From assembly GCA_044229975.1 (NCBI GenBank), contig JBGARZ010000006.1:320001-384000 (forward strand): 64,000 nt of DNA, read 5' to 3'. Below the pieces are notes generated by a model. It saw nothing but the letters and a program-made list of their open reading frames with translations. It searched no databases and was not told the DNA's origin. How positions within the stretch are numbered: the stretch's first letter is position 1; each line of letters begins with the position of its first letter. Origin of the DNA: Polyangiales bacterium (GTDB lineage: Bacteria > Myxococcota_A > Polyangia > Polyangiales > Ga0077539). The translations under genes were made by a program, and so were the position numbers. Shown piece after piece: positions 27,663 through 37,516 of this stretch.

Positions 27663-29863
27663 GCGCTCGCCTCCGCCTCCACCGCCGCCGCGCTCGTCTC
27701 CTCCGCCGTCGTCGCCTCGGTCGCCATCTCGGTCAGCGTCACCGGCAGGCCCTCGCGCAAGCTACGAACGGCCATCAGCGTCGCGAGCGCCGTCCCGTAG
27801 GTCTCCTCCCACGAGATGGGCCACGCGCCGCCGTTGCGCACCGCCTCGACGAAGGCCTTGAAGCCCGCGCCGTGCCCCTTGTCCTTGTGGGCGTTTTCGT
27901 CGGTGCGGCGCTCACCCTTCCAGAGCGCGATGGTGTCCCACTCGTCGATCACCGCCGTGCGACCACCACCGAACACTTCTACCCGCTCGACCGGTCCCGC
28001 GCGGTCACCACCCGCCTGGTACGAGATGTTCGACACCCCACCATTCGCGTGACGAACCGTGATGAACACCTGGTCGTCCGTGGTCTCCAACCCCGGGTTC
28101 ATCGCCACCGATTCCGCGTAGACCTTCACGGGCCCGCTGCCCTGGAGCGCCACGCACGCGTCGATCGCATGGCACGCCTCGCCCACGATGCGACCGCCGC
28201 CCACGTCTTCATCCTGCGGCCACGCGTTGGCGGGGATGCTCCCCGGCGCGAAGCGGAAGCTCACCGTGCGCGCCCCCACATCACGGAAGAACCCGCGCAC
28301 CCGATCGAGCCCCGGCGCGAACCGCCGGTTGAAGCCGACCATCACCACCGGGCAGTCCTTGCCGAGCTCGTCGACCGTCGCCTTCACGCGCGCGAGCTCG
28401 TCCTCGGTGATGCACAGCGGCTTCTCCACGAAGACGTGCTTGCCCGCCTTCAGCGCGCGAATCACGAGGTCGGCGTGCAGGTCGTGCCGCGTCGCCACGA
28501 ACACCGCGCGCGTCCCCGGATCGCGGAAGATCTCCTCGACGTCGGTGGTGGCGAAGTCGAAGTCCATCTTGCGGCCCGAGTGCTCGGCGTTGAGGCCGCG
28601 CGCCGTCCCGAGGCCGCGCCAACGAACGGGACCCAGCTTCGCAAACGCCGGCATCATCACCAGCCGCGCGTAGTTGCCCGCGCCGATGAGCGACACACCC
28701 AGCTCCGATGATCCCTGACCGCGCGCCGACCGCAGCTCCACCCGCCGCGACGGAACACCCTGCAACGCTGGATAGGTCAGCACCGCGCCGAGCACCGGGG
28801 CGTTGCTGGTGATGAGGTCGTAGGCCTCGGCCGCGCGGTCGATGGCGAAGCGGTGCGTGGTGAGCTTCTCCACCGGCAGCTTGCCCTGCGCGATGAGGTC
28901 GAGGATCGACTCCATGTTGCGCTGCGCCGTCCACCGGACATGCCCGAAGGGGTAGTCGATGCCCTTCTCCTCGTACGACGGGTCCATGCGGCCCGGGCCG
29001 AGCGAGGAAGAGACGGTGAACTCCAACTCCTTCATGAAGAAGGGAGCGCGCGGGAGGTTGAGACCCACCACGCCGACCAGCACGATGCGGCCCTTCGCGC
29101 GCGTCACTTCGGCCGCGAACTCGATGGGCTCGTTGCTCTGCGTGGCCGCCGTGATGACCACCGCGTCGACGCCCTGCGCGCCCGCGAAGTCCCGCACGGC
29201 CTGCCGCGGCGACCCGATGCCCACCGCGTCGGCGCCGAAGGTCTTGGCGAGCTCCAGCTTGGCCGGGTCGATGTCCGTTCCGAAGACGCGGCACCCTTGG
29301 GCCTTCAAGAGCGCCACGCAGATCTGCCCGATGAGCCCGAGGCCGATGACCAGCACGCGCTCGCCGAGCGTGGCCCGCGCGAGACGAACGCCTTCGAGGC
29401 CGATGCTGGCGACGCTGGTGTACGCGGCCTGCTCGAAGGTGACGTTCTCCGGGATGCGCGCCACGAGGTTGCGCCCGACGCTCACCACGCCCGCGTGCGG
29501 ACCGGCTGTCGCGACGCGGTCGCCGGGCTTGTACTCCTGCACGCCGCGGCCGCACTCGACGATGACGCCCGCCGACGAGTAGCCGAGGGGCATGGGCTCG
29601 TCGAGCTTGGCCATCACCTGCTGCGCGGTGGTGACGAGGCCCTCCTGCTTGAGCTTCTGGAGCACGCGTCGAACGTGGTCGGGCCGCTCGCGGGCCTTGC
29701 CGATGAGGCTCTTGCGCGCGAGCTCGACGACGTAGCGCTCGGTGCCCGCGGAGACCAGCGACGCCGACGTGGCCACCACGACCTGCCCCGCAGACGCGAC
29801 CGGAGCCGGAATCTCCCGCACGCCCGTCTTGCCCGAACGCACCTCCTGAACCACCTGCTTCAT
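27659..29863 (-). CDS. Bi-domain oxidoreductase (Zn-ADH-like plus Gfo/Idh/MocA), nucleotide-sugar pathway type
   Basis: SLVSAGTE, PLGYSSAG, GLGLIG, IGAGNYA, GKHVFVEKPL, VGFNRRF, GEACH. Confidence 0.9.
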   Translation of the reverse strand: MKQVVQEVRSGKTGVREIPAPVASAGQVVVATSASLVSAGTERYVVELARKSLIGKARERPDHVRRVLQKLKQEGLVTTAQQVMAKLDEPMPLGYSSAGVIVECGRGVQEYKPGDRVATAGPHAGVVSVGRNLVARIPENVTFEQAAYTSVASIGLEGVRLARATLGERVLVIGLGLIGQICVALLKAQGCRVFGTDIDPAKLELAKTFGADAVGIGSPRQAVRDFAGAQGVDAVVITAATQSNEPIEFAAEVTRAKGRIVLVGVVGLNLPRAPFFMKELEFTVSSSLGPGRMDPSYEEKGIDYPFGHVRWTAQRNMESILDLIAQGKLPVEKLTTHRFAIDRAAEAYDLITSNAPVLGAVLTYPALQGVPSRRVELRSARGQGSSELGVSLIGAGNYARLVMMPAFAKLGPVRWRGLGTARGLNAEHSGRKMDFDFATTDVEEIFRDPGTRAVFVATRHDLHADLVIRALKAGKHVFVEKPLCITEDELARVKATVDELGKDCPVVMVGFNRRFAPGLDRVRGFFRDVGARTVSFRFAPGSIPANAWPQDEDVGGGRIVGEACHAIDACVALQGSGPVKVYAESVAMNPGLETTDDQVFITVRHANGGVSNISYQAGGDRAGPVERVEVFGGGRTAVIDEWDTIALWKGERRTDENAHKDKGHGAGFKAFVEAVRNGGAWPISWEETYGTALATLMAVRSLREGLPVTLTEMATEATTAEETSAAAVEAEASA

Positions 29864-30052
29864 CGACGTCTCCTCGTTGGAACCGACCGCGGGTTAGTCC
29901 ATCCGCGGGTGACCATCAAGCGTTGCCCATCCGTCGCCGGACGTTCGATCAGCGAGGAAGAATGGGTCGCACGTCGGGACGAACTCTCGCGCTGTCAGGC
30001 TATGTCAACAGTGGGTTGATGGGCGCTTGCCATCCGTGCCAGACCGGCGCCG

Positions 30053-31012
30053 ATGCAGAAGCCATACGACTTGATGGCGAAGGGGCTGCTCGAAGGAGCC
30101 CTCCAGGGGCCTTGCGAGGTGCGCGTCGAGGAGCAGGTGGTCGCCGACGCCCGCGCCATCGACACGGTGGTGGTGCCCGACCCGAGGCGGCGCGGTGAGC
30201 TCACATCGCGTGGTGTCCTGGGCGACATCGCGGCGGACTTCTGTGTGATCGAGGCGTTTCATGACGCCCCCGGCGTCAATGAGGTCGACGAATGCCAGTT
30301 GAAGACCCTGGCGCTGCACGCCCGACAGCGCGCCGCGTGGCAGGCGTTGCCCACGACCGAGCGAGGCCCGGTGCCTCCGCGACCGCGCCTGTGGATCCTG
30401 AGCGCGGGCGACCCGGAAACACTGCGTGAGGCGTGGGCGATGGTCCCAATGCCGTCGTGGCCATCGGGATGTTTCTGGACGGGTAGTGCACTGGCGCCGC
30501 ATGTCGTCGTGATCCGTTCGTTGCCACGAATTCGTGACACGCTGCTGCTCCGACTGCTCGGAGCGGGCGACACACTGCGCGCCGCGTACGACGACCTGCG
30601 CGCGTTGCCCGACGACGCGTGGGAGCGAGGGATGTTGACGCCGCTCCTCACGTTGCTGCGACTGGAGCTGCCGCGCATGGGAATCGGGGAGTACGATCCG
30701 AAGGAGGAAGCGATGCGATACCAGGAAGCCGTCGAGATCTATCAGCGCGAGAAGGCCGAGACCCGCGCAGAAGGGCTGCGCGAAGGGCTGCGCGAAGGGC
30801 TGCGCGAAGGGCTGCGCGAAGGGCTGCGCGAAGGCATGGCGCCGTTGCAGAGGCTCTATCAACGCAAGCTCGGTCGCGAACTCACTTCGGCCGAACAGGA
30901 GACGTTGTTCGCTCGACTCGCGACCGTGGGCGCTGTTCGTCTGGGCGATGTGGTGCTCGACCTCGATGGGCCCGCACTCGACCGCTGGCTCAACGATCCG
31001 AACGCGGCCTGA
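30053..31012 (+). CDS. Rpn/YhgA-like protein with EGLR repeats and short C-terminal domain
   Basis: N-terminal D..K helix, E...IDTVV...IEAF, (EGLR)5, C-terminal RKLG...L..WL. Confidence 0.75.
   Translation: MQKPYDLMAKGLLEGALQGPCEVRVEEQVVADARAIDTVVVPDPRRRGELTSRGVLGDIAADFCVIEAFHDAPGVNEVDECQLKTLALHARQRAAWQALPTTERGPVPPRPRLWILSAGDPETLREAWAMVPMPSWPSGCFWTGSALAPHVVVIRSLPRIRDTLLLRLLGAGDTLRAAYDDLRALPDDAWERGMLTPLLTLLRLELPRMGIGEYDPKEEAMRYQEAVEIYQREKAETRAEGLREGLREGLREGLREGLREGMAPLQRLYQRKLGRELTSAEQETLFARLATVGAVRLGDVVLDLDGPALDRWLNDPNAA
30701..30715 (+). promoter_or_regulatory. Internal Shine-Dalgarno plus in-frame ATG in the Rpn-like gene
   Basis: AAGGAGGAAGCGATG; ATG 30713 is in frame and would give a 99-aa C-terminal product. 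Confidence 0.65.
30770..30834 (+). repeat. Perfect 12-bp coding tandem repeat, 5 units plus partial
   Basis: GAAGGGCTGCGC x5 then GAAGG. Confidence 0.95.
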
Positions 31013-31031
31013 GTCTCTGCGCTGATCTTGA

Positions 31032-32240
31032 TCAGCGGACGGTCGTTGGCGTTGCGCTGTCGGTCGCCGCACCGTCCCCGAGCTGCCCCACGCTGCTGCT
31101 GCCCCAACAGCGGACCGTGCGGTCGGTGCGTCGGGCGCAGCTCGTGTCGAGCGCGAGAGCCAGCTCCGCCACGGAGGTCAACGCCACGACCGCCACCCGT
31201 GTGAGCCTCGTCTCGCGCGTTCCGTCCCCGAGCTGTCCGGCGGTGTTGTCGCCCCAGCAGCGAACGGCGCCGTCATCAAGCAGCGCGCACGAGTGCCGCC
31301 CACCGAGCGAGATGCTCGTGACGTGCGAGAGCCCGACCACCGTCACTGGCGTAGCCCGGTCGTCGCGGGTGCCGTCTCCGAGCTGTCCCGCAGAGTTGTC
31401 GCCCCAGCAGCGAACGGCACCATCGGCGAGAACCGCGCACGCGTGGGTGGCGCCGCATGCGATGCGCGTCGCGCCGGTGAGTCCGATGACCGCTGCGGGC
31501 GTCGCGAGCATCCCGACCGTCCCGACGCCCGCTTCCCCTTCTGAGTTGTAACCCCAGCAGCGCACCGTTCGGTCGGCGAGGCGGGCGCAGGGTGTGGCGC
31601 CGCCCAGCGCGAGCTCCACCGCGGGAGATACACCCGGCACCGTCGTCGGTTGATTGGTGGCGCGGAGCGTCCCGGTTCCGAGCTGTCCGAGTCGCCCGTC
31701 GCCGAGGCACTGCACGGTGCCGTCGGCAATCAATGCGCAGGTGAGGTTGGAGCCCGAGGCCACGGTCACCACGTCGCGCAAACCAGGAACGACGTCGGGA
31801 AGATCGTGACGCCCGGGACTGCCGAGCTCACCGAGGAAGTTGTAGCCCCAGCAGCGGACGGTGCCGCCTGCGAGGCGCGCGCAGCCGTGCGATTCGAGCG
31901 ACACCTGCGTCGCGCCGTCGAGCTCGGGGAAGGGGCGCGGTGAGGTCACGCGCTCGACCGTTCCGGAGGGGAAGTGCGCGCCGTTGCCGCCCCAGCAACG
32001 GACACCGCCAGCGGACGCGCGCGCACAGAACGCCTGGGTGCGCGATCCCGACCAGAGGGTGTCCGCGAGGAAGGGCGGCAGCGCGGCGTCCGGCGAGTCG
32101 TCGACCGCGGGCGCGTCGACCGTCGGGACGTCGAGGGTCGCTCCCGCGTCCGTGATCGTGTTGGTGACCGACGCCCCGCAGCCGGTCGCCAGGAGCGCGA
32201 GGACGACGTGATGGAGCATGGGCGTGGTGGCGCGGCGCAT
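31032..32240 (-). CDS. RCC1/BLIP-II repeat lipoprotein
   Basis: Repeated CA...GxVRCWGxNxxGQLGDG; lipobox ATGC; alternative start 32219. Confidence 0.9.
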   Translation of the reverse strand: MRRATTPMLHHVVLALLATGCGASVTNTITDAGATLDVPTVDAPAVDDSPDAALPPFLADTLWSGSRTQAFCARASAGGVRCWGGNGAHFPSGTVERVTSPRPFPELDGATQVSLESHGCARLAGGTVRCWGYNFLGELGSPGRHDLPDVVPGLRDVVTVASGSNLTCALIADGTVQCLGDGRLGQLGTGTLRATNQPTTVPGVSPAVELALGGATPCARLADRTVRCWGYNSEGEAGVGTVGMLATPAAVIGLTGATRIACGATHACAVLADGAVRCWGDNSAGQLGDGTRDDRATPVTVVGLSHVTSISLGGRHSCALLDDGAVRCWGDNTAGQLGDGTRETRLTRVAVVALTSVAELALALDTSCARRTDRTVRCWGSSSVGQLGDGAATDSATPTTVR

Positions 32241-32263
32241 CAGATGGAGGGAAGTGCCGCTGG

Positions 32264-33259
32264 TCACTCGCAGGCGCCGCGCACGTTCCCGCTCGAATCC
32301 GACGAGGGCACACACCGCTGGGCGCCGACGTCGGAGCAGGTGATCTCGTGGGAGGTGTTGCCGAGGCAGAAGCGGATGCGGGTGCCGTCGACGCACTGCG
32401 AGGCGCTCGCCCGCGCGGGGTCGGCGCACGGGTCACCCTGCGGACGGTCGGTGTCCCTCAACGCGACCGGGGCGAGCGACGCGCCCTCGCGCGCGCTCAA
32501 GCGCTCCCACCCGCCGCAATGCCGGGAGCCGTCGAGGCCCACGACGCACACCGTCCCCTGCGGCTCGCAGGAGCCGTTGGTGCTCGACGCCGTGCCGTCG
32601 GCGGAGCAGCGCCCGCCCGCACCGCAATCGATCCGCGCGAGCCCCGGCGCGACGAGGGTGTTGCCTTCGCAGGTGATGGCGCCCTCTCCGTTCGCAAAGA
32701 TGCAACGTGTGATGTCCGAGGAGACGCCGCAGGTTGCGCCTTGGGCCGCGCAGTCCTCGACGGTGCCGTAGCCGCTGGGCGGGCAGTACACGGCGCGGTT
32801 GCCGTCGCAGTAGTCCCTCCCCGTTGGGCAGGACGCACGCCCAACGCATCGCGCGACGGCGGAGCAGCTCGTCGCGGCCAGCGCGCAAGCCGCCTGTGAG
32901 CGCACGGCGGCGGGCGACCAGCGGCTGCCCTGCGTGTTGGAGGTGGTCATTCCCCCGATGCTGCTCCGGCTCGCGCGGAAGACCTGCCCAGCCGCGCGGG
33001 AGCCGAGGGCGAGCCTGCAGTCACCGTACCCGGCCTGACCGTCGTTGAGTCGCGGCGCCACGCCGCACGCGAGGAGGCGGGTGCACACCTCGTCGATGGC
33101 GCGCAGGTCGAGCGTGAGGTTGCCGTCGGCGCTCGGCGCGAGGAGGGGGCCGGTCGTGGCGCTCCCTCCTCCGTCGACGGCGGTGGTCTCGCCAGTGCCG
33201 TTGACCGCGTTGCAAGCGAGGACCGGAACGACGATCAGACAGAGACGCAGGGCGTTCAT
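32264..33259 (-). CDS. Cys-rich lipoprotein
   Basis: MNALRLCLIVVPVLAC signal; many paired Cys. Confidence 0.75.
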   Translation of the reverse strand: MNALRLCLIVVPVLACNAVNGTGETTAVDGGGSATTGPLLAPSADGNLTLDLRAIDEVCTRLLACGVAPRLNDGQAGYGDCRLALGSRAAGQVFRASRSSIGGMTTSNTQGSRWSPAAVRSQAACALAATSCSAVARCVGRASCPTGRDYCDGNRAVYCPPSGYGTVEDCAAQGATCGVSSDITRCIFANGEGAITCEGNTLVAPGLARIDCGAGGRCSADGTASSTNGSCEPQGTVCVVGLDGSRHCGGWERLSAREGASLAPVALRDTDRPQGDPCADPARASASQCVDGTRIRFCLGNTSHEITCSDVGAQRCVPSSDSSGNVRGACE

Positions 33260-33350
33260 CGTCGGCGTTATCGCGCGGGCGACGATGCCTGACAACGGAA
33301 CGCGCCGGGCCTTTTCCCCTCCGCTCAGCATTGGCGTAGCGTCCGACGCC

Positions 33351-35141
33351 ATGCGACGCGCGCTCCCGCTGTGGTTGATCCCGTGCTGCCTCGTGCTGAC
33401 CACCTGCGCGGCGGACGAGGCCACCGACGACGACGCCATCGACCCCGGGCCCTACGGCGCGGGCGCGGACTCGCTCGTGGCGCGGGGCGCCTACACGACC
33501 TCGACCACCAACCTCTGCGGCGGACTGCCGCGTGTGGAAGGACTCCGCACGCCCGCGGGCGTGTGCGTGGGCCTTGTCGCGCGCGGGATGAAGTTCCCGC
33601 GTGGCGTGGCCGAGCGCGCCACCGGTGACCTCATCGTCGTCGACATGGGCGGCTGGGCGCCCAACAACGGCAACGTCCGGTACCTCCGCCGCGCCGCCAA
33701 CGGCACCTTCCGCGAAGAGTCCGTGGTGCAGAACGGCGCCACGGGATCGCTGCTGCGCCGCATCGACCGGCCCAGCGGCGTCGCCATCGGCCCCGACGGC
33801 TTCGTCTACGTCGCGACCCCATCGGACATCTTCCGCTTCGACCCCGACGAGCGCCCTCGCCCCGTGTTGGAACAGGTGGTCCGCTTCGCTCAGGCGCCCG
33901 CCGGGGCGCGGCACCCGCTCACGCACTTCGTGTTCACGCCGGAGTCGTTTACGCGGCCGCAGGGGCCGTGGCAGCTCTTCGTCAACGTCGGCTCCGCGTC
34001 GGACGTCTGCGAGACCGCGCAGGGAACGTACCCCACGCCCTGCGCCGAGACGGAAGACACCGAGAACCCGCGTGGGGCCGTTCGTCGGGTGACCCTCGCG
34101 GGGCCGCGACCGGCGGGGCCGAGGCCCGCTGGCGGCTGGCCGCTGCGCGCGACGTCGGAGGTGTTCGCGCGGGGGCTGCGCAACTCCATGGCGCTCGCGG
34201 TGCACCCCACCTCGGGGCTGGTGTTTCAAGCGGAGAACTCGCGCGACGCGATTCACACCAACGCGCCCGCGCTGCGTGCTCGCGAGGCCGACCTGCCGCA
34301 CGAGGAGATCAACGTCCTCGAAGCGAACGGCCACTACGGCTGGCCCTACTGCTACGACCTCAACAGCCCGAACCCCGAGTACCCGAACGCGCAGTGCGGT
34401 CGGTACAAGTCGCCGACGATGCTGCTGCCGGGGCACGCCTCACCGCTGGCGATGCGCTTCTACACGGGCACGATGATGCCCGCGGCGTGGCGCAACGGAA
34501 TGCTCGTGACCTTCCACGGCGGTCGCGCCTACGGGCACCGCCTGGTGCTGCTGCCGACGCGCGAAGACGGGACACCCACCGGCTCGATCTTCGACATCGT
34601 GTCGGGCTGGGACGATCGACCGCAGGCGCCGTCGCACCCGCGCGGGCGACCCGTCGATGTGACGGTGAGCCGCGACGGCTCGCTCTTCCTCACCGAAGAT
34701 CACAACGGGACGGTGCTGCGGGTGTTCTTCGATGCAGCGCGCGGGGATGGGGCGCCGCTGACGCCGGAGGTCACCATGGCGCCCGCTCCGTTGGATCGTA
34801 ACAGCGCGGCGTGCCGGGCCCTCGCGACGCGCACCGACGCCTTCGCGCGCATCCAGCGCGATGTTCTCGATCGGAGCTGCGTCGAGGGCTGCCACAGCGG
34901 CCAGGACGGCGCCCAGGGTGGCCTGCTGCTCGACCTGTGCGACGACGCCGGCAACGCGCGGCGGCTGCGGACGGAGAGCGGGCCCGGCGGGCGTCCGTGG
35001 ATCGTCGCGGGCAACCCCGATGGGAGTCGGTTGATGGACAGCCTGCGCGGCGTCAACGGCGCCCCGCGGATGCCGTCAGCGGGATTGCCCGCCGCGCAGA
35101 TCGACCTCATCGCGCAGTGGATTCGCGAGGGCGCGCGGTAG
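33351..35141 (+). CDS. Sorbosone/PQQ-type sugar dehydrogenase beta-propeller with C-terminal cytochrome c-like domain
   Basis: VNVGSASD, ARGLRNS, EEIN, HYGWPYC, HASPL, GRPVDV; C-terminal CVEGCH...RMP. Confidence 0.85.
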   Translation: MRRALPLWLIPCCLVLTTCAADEATDDDAIDPGPYGAGADSLVARGAYTTSTTNLCGGLPRVEGLRTPAGVCVGLVARGMKFPRGVAERATGDLIVVDMGGWAPNNGNVRYLRRAANGTFREESVVQNGATGSLLRRIDRPSGVAIGPDGFVYVATPSDIFRFDPDERPRPVLEQVVRFAQAPAGARHPLTHFVFTPESFTRPQGPWQLFVNVGSASDVCETAQGTYPTPCAETEDTENPRGAVRRVTLAGPRPAGPRPAGGWPLRATSEVFARGLRNSMALAVHPTSGLVFQAENSRDAIHTNAPALRAREADLPHEEINVLEANGHYGWPYCYDLNSPNPEYPNAQCGRYKSPTMLLPGHASPLAMRFYTGTMMPAAWRNGMLVTFHGGRAYGHRLVLLPTREDGTPTGSIFDIVSGWDDRPQAPSHPRGRPVDVTVSRDGSLFLTEDHNGTVLRVFFDAARGDGAPLTPEVTMAPAPLDRNSAACRALATRTDAFARIQRDVLDRSCVEGCHSGQDGAQGGLLLDLCDDAGNARRLRTESGPGGRPWIVAGNPDGSRLMDSLRGVNGAPRMPSAGLPAAQIDLIAQWIREGAR

Positions 35142-35212
35142 GGGCGTCGCAGCGCCAGCGCTCTCGACGCTCACAGCGCATCGCGTCGGCGACGATGCTA
35201 TGCGTTCGCCCG

Positions 35213-35782
35213 ATGAGGTTCGGAGACATCCTCTTGTTGGCGGTCGGACTTGCGATGGACGCGACCGCCGCGGCTGCCACGCGAGGGATGGGCGTGGCCC
35301 GTCTGCGATGGCATCACGCGCTGCGGGTGGCGTTGTTGTTCGGCGGCTTTCAGGCGCTGATGCCTCTGCTTGGTTGGTACCTCGGGCGCCGCATTGGTCC
35401 GCTCGTCGAGGCGTGGGACCACTGGATCGCGTTTGTTCTGCTCGGTGGCATCGGAGGGAAGATGCTGTGGGAAGCGCGCTCGTCGGATGACGACGGCGAG
35501 CGCCCCGCGGGCGACCCCTTCGGCACGCGCCTGCTGCTCACGCTGGCGGTCGCGACGAGCATCGATGCGCTCGCGGTGGGCGTGACGCTGCCGATGCTCC
35601 ACGCGCCGCTGGCGATGTCCATCGTGACCATCGGCGTGACGACGGCGGCGCTCAGCGTGCTGGGTCTATGGCTGGGTCACCGCGCGGGCGCGACGCTCGG
35701 TCGCAGGCTCGACGTCTTCGGCGGGCTGGTGCTCATCGCGCTCGGCACGAAGATCCTCGTCGAGCACCTGCACCGGGGCTGA
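35213..35782 (+). CDS. mntP: Manganese efflux pump
   Basis: LAMDA, FGGFQALMPLLGW, WDHWIAF, ATSIDALAVG, GGLVLI. Confidence 0.93.
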   Translation: MRFGDILLLAVGLAMDATAAAATRGMGVARLRWHHALRVALLFGGFQALMPLLGWYLGRRIGPLVEAWDHWIAFVLLGGIGGKMLWEARSSDDDGERPAGDPFGTRLLLTLAVATSIDALAVGVTLPMLHAPLAMSIVTIGVTTAALSVLGLWLGHRAGATLGRRLDVFGGLVLIALGTKILVEHLHRG

Positions 35783-35785
35783 ACG

Positions 35786-36223
35786 CTACCGGCAACGGTC
35801 GAAGGTGAAGCTGCCGCTGAAGGTGTGCGGGTTGGGGTCGCTGGTGCCCGTGTTGCTGCACTCGATGGTCGCGGTTCCGCTGACGGGGTAGACGGTGTTC
35901 TGCATGTAGTCCTCGCGGGAGAAGGTCATCGGCCCGCACCCCGCGATGACGTTGCGGCGCTGAAGCGGAATCGGAATCCCGAAGGGCGTCGCGAGCCCGG
36001 AGACCAGGTACGAGATCTCCGCCTGACCGTCGTCCGTGCGCGTGAAACGGAACGTCCCCGCGCTCGTCTCGAGCTCCACCGAGTTGGGAGCGCGCGCGTG
36101 TTCGCCGCTCGCGCAGTCGTTGATCTGCACGGGCTGACCGTCGATCACCAGCGTGCCGGTCGCGCCACCGCCGCATCCGACCGTCAGCAGAAACCCAAGC
36201 GCCAGGGAGAGTTGCATCTTCAT
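35786..36223 (-). CDS. Hypothetical lipoprotein
   Basis: MKMQLSLALGFLLTVGC lipobox; GAGG RBS. Confidence 0.75.
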   Translation of the reverse strand: MKMQLSLALGFLLTVGCGGGATGTLVIDGQPVQINDCASGEHARAPNSVELETSAGTFRFTRTDDGQAEISYLVSGLATPFGIPIPLQRRNVIAGCGPMTFSREDYMQNTVYPVSGTATIECSNTGTSDPNPHTFSGSFTFDRCR

Positions 36224-36474
36224 CGGGACCTCGCGCGGCGCCCTTCAAGATGAGGCACGCCGTGATGGTTCGTTGAGCAACGCGCATGCCCTCCGCGACC
36301 GCTCGGACAACGCTCGAAAGTGATGGTCTCCGAGCGTGGCACCGCCGCCCCGTGAGCGTGGCGCACGCGCGCCGGTTCGACCTCGCGACGACGCAGATCA
36401 GACTGTTTTCTCGCGGCACGGGCGTTGGAGACCGGCCCCCTGCGCGCGGGTCTTCACCCCACGCGGAGGAGACC

Positions 36475-36902
36475 ATGAACAGACCCATCATCCGAACCAC
36501 CCACCTCGGATCTGCAACGGCGGCGAGGTCAGGCCGCGCACCTCCGACATGGGCTGCGCGGCGGGCGACTACGCGGCGACCAGCTTCTTCGCGGCGGCGG
36601 TGAGCGGCACCGGCTGCGGCATCTGCGCGCTGCGGTCGAGCGCGGGCACGACCAACTGCAACACCGTCTCGTGCCAGATGAACTGCCGCGAGGACGGCAA
36701 CCTCAACAACGACTTCTTCGGCTGCGGCACCGTCGGCTCGACCGGCATCATGGGGGCATGCGACGGCCTCAACCGCTTCTCGGAGGACCAGTGCATGGCG
36801 CTCCCGGCGGGCTGGAACTGCCCGAGCATGGGCGGCGAGAGCCGCACCGTGACCAAGACCACCGCCACCACCGGCGGCGGCGTGCTCTGCTGCCGCGACT
36901 GA
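36475..36902 (+). pseudogene. Possible remnant of a Cys-rich secreted protein gene
   Basis: GGAGGAG RBS plus ATG 36475 is out of frame with the Cys-rich domain ending GGVLCCRD (stop 36902). Alternative: a short intact gene from ATG 36549. Confidence 0.45.
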
Positions 36903-37038
36903 CCCGAACCCCTCCGCCTTGCTGAACGCCTCTCCCTCCTCCCGCAACAATCCCGGCATCACCGAGAGCGCACACGGCTTCCCTTCACGTCATTCGGACG
37001 GCGGAGGCAGTGCGCTCCATCGTTGGGAGGAATGTTCC

Positions 37039-37470
37039 GTGAAGCCCTACTACTTCACCGCGCGCGCCCTTGCGCTCGGCTGCCTGCTCGCCCCGCTCGT
37101 CGTCGCCGGTCGCGATCGTCCGCGTCGCGTCGCCAGCGTCTCACCACGCGCCACCACCATCGCCACCGTCGTCCCCACGGCCACCGACGATGACCGCCGT
37201 CAGCGCGTGCTCACCTCGTTTTCCCGCGGCGCGCAGGTGCGCCGTTGTTGGGACCGCGCGGTGATCCAGCACCCGACCATCACCGACCGCAGCCTCGCGG
37301 TGACCCTCCACGTCGACACGACGGGCCGCACCGTGCGCGTCGACGTGCGCGACCGCGAGGCGCCCGACCTCGCGCAGTGCCTCGTGCGCGCGGGCCTGTG
37401 GCTCCCGTGGGTCGGCGCCGGCGGTGCCTTCGAGGCGAGCACCACCGTGACCTTCAACCGCGGCGGGTGA
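37039..37470 (+). CDS. Hypothetical secreted protein, AgmX/PglI C-terminal-like
   Basis: GGGAGG RBS and GTG start; VRRCW...V..G.....LAQCL pattern. Confidence 0.6.
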   Translation: MKPYYFTARALALGCLLAPLVVAGRDRPRRVASVSPRATTIATVVPTATDDDRRQRVLTSFSRGAQVRRCWDRAVIQHPTITDRSLAVTLHVDTTGRTVRVDVRDREAPDLAQCLVRAGLWLPWVGAGGAFEASTTVTFNRGG

Positions 37471-37516
37471 CCGATCGCTCGCCTCGCCGTGGGCGTTGCG
37501 TTAGCGTGCGCGCCCG

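Noticed and set aside
30053..31012. Rpn-like gene as an IS transposase
   Set aside because: No terminal inverted repeats, target duplication or DDE/HUH motifs seen.
35142..35212. yybP-ykoY riboswitch upstream of mntP
   Set aside because: The gap is only ~70 nt and I could not recognise the conserved motif; an Rfam scan would settle it.
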